This document shows positions 30,998 to 34,262 of a stretch of 34,262 nucleotides of DNA, one piece after another; position 1 is the stretch's first letter; each line of letters starts with the position of its first letter. The stretch is from a virus, in IMG/VR virus record IMGVR_UViG_3300038701_000543, one strand, 5' to 3'. The notes beneath the pieces are model-generated. The model saw only the letters and a list, made by a program, of their open reading frames with translations. It did no database searches and had not been told where the DNA came from. A program made the translations under genes and the position numbers.

Positions 30998-31902
30998 CAG
31001 CGTACTACAACGAGATCGACCCGAAAGCCGCAGCATGGCTGCGCGAACTGATCAAGCAGGGACACATTGCACCGGGAGAGGTAGATGAAACCGACATCAG
31101 AGACGTGGATCCAGATCGACTGGGTCGATACACTCAATGCCACTTCTTCGCAGGCATCGGCGGATGGAGCCTCGCCCTGCGCCTCGCAGGATGGCCAGAC
31201 AGCCGTCCTGTTTGGACGGGATCCTGCCCGTGCCAGCCGTTCAGCGCGGCAGGCCGAAGAGCAGGGACTGCTGACGAGCGGCACCTCTGGCCGCACTGGC
31301 ACCACCTCATCAGCCAGTGCCAGCCTGCAGTCGTATTTGGCGAACAAGTTGCAAGCAAAGACGGCCTCGGCTGGCTCGACCTTGTACAAGCTGACATGGA
31401 AGCAACGGGATACGCCGTCGCAGCTCAAGATATCTGCGCTGCGGGCGTCGGTGCGCCGCACATCAGACAACGCCTCTGGTTCGTCGGGCTGGCCGACGCC
31501 AAGCAGCCGGGATTGGAAAGACAGCCCCGGCATGGCGACGGCAGGCACCAACCCGGACGGCTCGACGCGAACGCGGCTGGATCAGTTGCCGAGGCAAGCA
31601 TCTCTAGCAGCGTGGACGACCGAGGACGGCCCGACCCGACGAACGGTCGCTGGCGCGATGCTGACTGGCTCTTCTGCCGAGATGGAAAGTGGCGGCCAGT
31701 TGAACCCTCGGTTCAGCGGATGGTTGATGGGTTATCCAACGATCTGGTGCGAGGCGGCGCTATCGTCTCAGCAGCCTACCCGCTCGCGAAAAACCAAGAG
31801 CGGCGGGTAATGCGACTGCGCGGCTACGGCAATGCCATCGTCCCGCAAGTCGCAGCCGCGTGGATCGAAGCCGTGATCGAGTACGAAAGAGAGCAGCCAT
31901 GA
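30994..31902 (+). CDS. DNA (cytosine-5) methyltransferase
   Basis: 302 aa from GTG 30994 (GTGA overlap with the primase stop; aggagg 8 nt upstream). Motif I FFAGIGG, IV PCQPFSAAG, VI-like VFGEQV, VIII GAPHIRQRLWF, X GYGNAIVPQ. Confidence 0.85.
   Translation: MTAYYNEIDPKAAAWLRELIKQGHIAPGEVDETDIRDVDPDRLGRYTQCHFFAGIGGWSLALRLAGWPDSRPVWTGSCPCQPFSAAGRRAGTADERHLWPHWHHLISQCQPAVVFGEQVASKDGLGWLDLVQADMEATGYAVAAQDICAAGVGAPHIRQRLWFVGLADAKQPGLERQPRHGDGRHQPGRLDANAAGSVAEASISSSVDDRGRPDPTNGRWRDADWLFCRDGKWRPVEPSVQRMVDGLSNDLVRGGAIVSAAYPLAKNQERRVMRLRGYGNAIVPQVAAAWIEAVIEYEREQP
31085..31810 (+). CDS. Nested +1-frame ORF inside the methyltransferase gene, with WPTP / LNPxFxxWLMGYP motifs
   Basis: 241 codons, with ATG 31085 preceded by gggagagg. 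Contains ...STLYKLTWKQRDTPSQLKISALRASVRRTSDN..GWPTPSSRDWKD...RLDQLPRQA...LNPRFSGWLMGYPTIW. G/C third positions are 133/180 versus 119/180 for the methylase frame over 31261-31800 (hand count). Confidence 0.45.
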   Translation: MKPTSETWIQIDWVDTLNATSSQASADGASPCASQDGQTAVLFGRDPARASRSARQAEEQGLLTSGTSGRTGTTSSASASLQSYLANKLQAKTASAGSTLYKLTWKQRDTPSQLKISALRASVRRTSDNASGSSGWPTPSSRDWKDSPGMATAGTNPDGSTRTRLDQLPRQASLAAWTTEDGPTRRTVAGAMLTGSSAEMESGGQLNPRFSGWLMGYPTIWCEAALSSQQPTRSRKTKSGG

Positions 31903-32020
31903 CCCCCGAATACCCCGTGCCCACCTTGGTGGGGAACAGGTGGGCAAGGTGGGGAAATGCCGCCGAAAGCAAGCGGGCGCGACGCACGTGACATGGCGCA
32001 AACAAGGCAAGAAGGCACAA

Positions 32021-32080
32021 AAAAACCGCCCATCGGGCGGCTGCTTCTCGGGGTTTCCCCACCTTGTTTGTTGAAGTCCT
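32021..32080 (-). ncRNA. Candidate ~60-nt small RNA transcribed leftward within the non-coding hub
   Basis: Bounded by the promoter at 32085-32113 (-) and the terminator at 32026-32040 plus T7. Predicted RNA: AGGACUUCAACAAACAAGGUGGGGAAACCCCGAGAAGCAGCCGCCCGAUGGGCGGUUUUUUU. Confidence 0.35.
32026..32040 (-). terminator. Intrinsic terminator oriented for the minus strand
   Basis: ccgccc-atc-gggcgg (6 GC pairs), preceded on the plus strand by A7 (32019-32025). This gives stem+UUUUUUU on the minus strand. Confidence 0.55.
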
Positions 32081-32084
32081 CCGG

Positions 32085-32113
32085 ACTTTACCAAGTGGTG
32101 GGCAACCCGTCAA
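32085..32113 (-). promoter_or_regulatory. Sigma70-type promoter on the minus strand
   Basis: TTGACG (rc of 32108-32113), exact 17-nt spacer, TAAAGT (rc of 32085-32090). Confidence 0.45.
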
Positions 32114-32196
32114 CCCCCCCCGAAAAAGGCGGGGAAGCACCTAAAAGGAGTTGGCACCCAAGGCTGCCAACACACCTTTTGTTTTCGGTGCCTCTT

Positions 32197-32252
32197 CCCC
32201 ACCCCACCCCCTCGCTTCGCTCGCCCCTGGCGGGGGTAGGGGTGGGGTGGGG
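32197..32252 (+). other. 14-bp perfect hairpin (C-arm/G-arm); the G-arm region is a canonical G-quadruplex motif
   Basis: ccccaccccacccc (32197-32210) is the exact reverse complement of ggggtggggtgggg (32239-32252). 32232-32252 reads GGGGG-TA-GGGG-T-GGGG-T-GGGG. It is followed by the hairpin ggaccg-gcacgt-cggtcc plus ttt (32251-32271). Confidence 0.8.
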
Positions 32253-32283
32253 ACCGGCACGTCGGTCCTTTGGACCAATCAAA

Positions 32284-32312
32284 TTGAAGCAAAGGTCTGT
32301 GTCGGCTAAGAT
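32284..32312 (+). promoter_or_regulatory. Candidate sigma70-type promoter for the rightward late operon
   Basis: TTGAAG (32284-32289), 17-nt spacer, TAAGAT (32307-32312). A leader hairpin ggagggcg (32319-32326) / cgccctcc (32342-32349) lies downstream, then SD taggagg. Confidence 0.4.
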
Positions 32313-32379
32313 GAAGTTGGAGGGCGCGCTGCGCCAACAGCCGCCCTCCTGATCGCAACCTAAAGCCTAGGAGGTCGCA

Positions 32380-32673
32380 ATGACCAGCAATCTATCCAGC
32401 CGCTATCTCGACGGCAACATGCACCCGGCAGACGCACTCGCCGAAGTGCGCCAGCAAATGGCAGAGTTGAAAAAGATTGAAGCCGAGCTGCGCGAACAGA
32501 TCCTCTCGGATGTGTCCGGTCGGTCCGGGCAGATGTACAAAGCCGAGGTCGTGTTGTCCGCCCAGCGCCGCATCGACCCGGCAGCCGTGGCAGAGCTGAT
32601 CGGTGACATGGAGAAGGTCAAAAAATCTTTTGATGTCACGTTTGTCCTGCTGAAAAAAATTGAGGTGGAGTGA
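32380..32673 (+). CDS. Hypothetical protein (first gene after the hub)
   Basis: 97 aa, with strong SD taggagg 5 nt upstream and a coiled-coil-like centre. Confidence 0.7.
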   Translation: MTSNLSSRYLDGNMHPADALAEVRQQMAELKKIEAELREQILSDVSGRSGQMYKAEVVLSAQRRIDPAAVAELIGDMEKVKKSFDVTFVLLKKIEVE

Positions 32674-33257
32674 TGACAGCCAAGCGACCACAGAAACCGA
32701 AGCGAGAACGCAAGGCCGATCGGATCCTGCACTCGGGGGTCTCGGCCAGAGAGATCATGTGCGACTACGGGCTGGCACCGTTCGACCGCATGGCCGTGGA
32801 GATGGATCGGAAATGGGGCGTCGATATGCTCGTCGAGCTGGTGACGCCCGAGATGGCCGAGCGCTACGGCAGCGCCATGGCCAAGCTCAATGCCGCGATC
32901 GAACAAGGGGATCCTGAGCAGGTCAAGGTCAGGGCTGCTGTGTGCATCAGAGGTATGCAGGCAATGGACCAGGCAGCCACGGAGGCGGGCGCCAGACCGG
33001 CGAGCGAGGATGTGTGGCTCGTGCAGGCGGACGGGCAGGAGTTCGGGCTGCTGCGCGACGCCAGAGCCTGGCAGAGGGTGCAGGAGAAGTATCCCGGCCT
33101 GCGGCTGGTGTCGGAGAGAGAGATGGTGCTGGCCCTCGAGGTGTACCGGCAGTCGAAAATGGGCCAAATGGTCGAGGCGGTGAAAAGTAGTTTTCCGCAA
33201 GCCGACATGGTAAAAGTAGGGGGCAAGAGTCTCGAGGATGAGATTCCATTCGGGTGA
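32673..33257 (+). CDS. Hypothetical protein
   Basis: 194 aa from ATG 32673 (TGATG coupling; GTG 32670 is an alternative). Basic N-terminus KRPQKPKRERK. Confidence 0.7.
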   Translation: MTAKRPQKPKRERKADRILHSGVSAREIMCDYGLAPFDRMAVEMDRKWGVDMLVELVTPEMAERYGSAMAKLNAAIEQGDPEQVKVRAAVCIRGMQAMDQAATEAGARPASEDVWLVQADGQEFGLLRDARAWQRVQEKYPGLRLVSEREMVLALEVYRQSKMGQMVEAVKSSFPQADMVKVGGKSLEDEIPFG

Positions 33258-33258
33258 G

Positions 33259-33531
33259 ATGATGAAGCGCGCAGACATACTGGCAACCGCGGCGGATTAC
33301 GTGACGAAAGATCGGGCAGCCACGCACGGCAGCGCCGAGGATAATTTCCGGCGCCTGGCCGATCTGTGGGCCGCGTACCTGAACGTCGGGGAAATCACAG
33401 CGACAGATGTCGCAGTGATGCTGGCGCTGCTCAAGGTGGCGCGCATCCGCGAGAACCCAGGGCACGAGGACAACTGGATTGACCTGGCAGGGTATGCCGC
33501 CTGCGGCGGCGAGATAGCGACAGGAGATTGA
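33259..33531 (+). CDS. Small conserved phage protein (DUF6378-like signature, from memory)
   Basis: 90 aa: ...DRAATHGSAEDNFRRLADLWAAYLN..ITATDVAVMLALLKVARIRENPGHEDNWIDLAGYAACG. Confidence 0.65.
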   Translation: MMKRADILATAADYVTKDRAATHGSAEDNFRRLADLWAAYLNVGEITATDVAVMLALLKVARIRENPGHEDNWIDLAGYAACGGEIATGD

Positions 33532-33533
33532 GC

Positions 33534-33998
33534 ATGGCTGAAGAGAAGAAGAAACGCGCCAAGCCGGTGCGGGTGACCAAGCAGCTGATGATCAGCGTTG
33601 CCGAGCGCCTGGCCAAGGGTGAGAGCCTGCTGCGCATCTGCGCCGAAGAGGGGATGCCCGAGTACCACGCGATCACGCGGGCTGTCATCCGAGACCCTGA
33701 GCTGCATGACATCTACCGAGAGGGGCGGGTCCGGCAGGCCGAGTACTATTCGGACCAGATCAACACCCTGGCCAACGATCCACTGCCGACGCACCACGCG
33801 GATGGGACGCCGTGCGACAGCCGCTGGCTCGGCGCTGAGATCCAGCGGCGCAAGCTCGAGGTTGAGGCGCTGAAATGGACGCTGGCGCGGACTCAGCCGT
33901 ACGGCATCCGGGACAAGAAGGAGGATGCGCCGCAGCAGCAGTCGGCCATCACGATCAGCTGGGCGGGTGGCGATGTCGCTGTGAGCGGAAAGGAATAG
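33534..33998 (+). CDS. terS: Terminase small subunit (HTH-type, inferred)
   Basis: 154 aa from ATG 33534 (aggag 7 nt upstream). N-terminal HTH-like segment VTKQLMISVAERLAKGESLLRICAEEGMPEYHAITRAV...YREGRVRQAEYYSDQI. It is the last gene before the repeat and terL. Confidence 0.6.
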   Translation: MAEEKKKRAKPVRVTKQLMISVAERLAKGESLLRICAEEGMPEYHAITRAVIRDPELHDIYREGRVRQAEYYSDQINTLANDPLPTHHADGTPCDSRWLGAEIQRRKLEVEALKWTLARTQPYGIRDKKEDAPQQQSAITISWAGGDVAVSGKE

Positions 33999-34135
33999 GG
34001 CGTGTCGTCCTGTATATCGCACACGCTGCTGCTCCAGCTACGCGCGGGTGCAGCCACCTGTCGGCCCGAGATGCTGGGGCACCCCCGCCCGGCACAAGAT
34101 GTTGTGTTGGCGCCCCGGATTCTGGGCGTCAATCG

Positions 34136-34262
34136 GCTAAGCCTTTGATATCCCTATGTTTGAGAGTTAACATAATGGGTATTCTCGGACAACATGCCCG
34201 AATTTCCGGGGCCGCCACCCCCACCCTCGCCCAAACCGCCCGCCACTTCCTACTGCGATATG
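34136..34262. repeat. Terminal direct repeat, right copy (identical to 1..127)
   Basis: Exact copy of bases 1-127. It is either a true DTR or an assembly overlap of a circular or circularly permuted genome. Confidence 0.97.

Noticed and set aside
31957-32352. 131-codon plus-strand ORF (and overlapping minus-strand ORFs) inside the non-coding hub.
   Set aside because: There is no SD. The Pro/Gly/Arg/Ser-rich composition is implausible for a protein. The ORF runs straight through terminator-like hairpins, the G4/hairpin element and promoter candidates.
34000-34026. Hairpin gcgtgt...acacgc immediately after terS, considered as a terminator.
   Set aside because: The stem is only 6 bp with a 15-nt loop and no U-run. 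That is too weak to call.
1-34262. Lysogeny or mobile-element genes (integrase, excisionase, transposase, att sites), tRNAs, toxin-antitoxin pairs, a reverse transcriptase/DGR.
   Set aside because: None of the ORFs shows tyrosine or serine recombinase, DDE or RT motifs. The only long non-coding regions were examined by eye and contain no cloverleaf.

Overview
The window is a complete, self-closing phage genome. Bases 1-127 recur exactly at 34136-34262, leaving 34,135 bp of unique, GC-rich sequence. It carries about 50 tightly packed genes. I saw no tRNA, CRISPR array, integrase or transposase.

Layout:
(i) A divergent control region at 26569-26689.
(ii) A leftward 13-gene early operon (26568->22587). 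Most genes are tiny and translationally coupled: a DnaJ-type zinc-finger miniprotein, a 30-aa membrane peptide, an Ala-rich tandem-repeat protein, two HTH proteins and a dCMP deaminase.
(iii) A rightward replication/recombination operon (26690->31902): Cro-like HTH, Hjc-like resolvase, RecB/Cas4-like nuclease, SSB-like protein ending ...DELEF, a primase-polymerase::helicase fusion and a C5 cytosine methyltransferase. No DNA or RNA polymerase gene is visible.
(iv) A 477-nt non-coding hub (31903-32379).
(v) A long rightward late operon that wraps through the repeat (32380->34262, then 1->22474): TerS, TerL, GNAT, portal, scaffold, major capsid, T7-type tail tubular A/B, four internal virion proteins, tail fibre, and a lysis cassette with overlapped spanins.

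Most worth a second look:
- A 241-codon ORF nested out of frame inside the methyltransferase gene, which itself carries methylase-associated motifs.
- Two minus-strand promoter-plus-terminator modules (candidate small/antisense RNAs) embedded in plus-strand operons.
- The repeat-rich non-coding hub, with a 14-bp perfect hairpin whose 3' arm is a canonical G-quadruplex motif.
- A perfect 69-nt tandem duplication in an early repeat protein.
- Low-GC C-terminal modules on an ejected internal virion protein and on the tail fibre.

All functional calls are motif- and synteny-based readings of the translated ORFs. No database search was possible.
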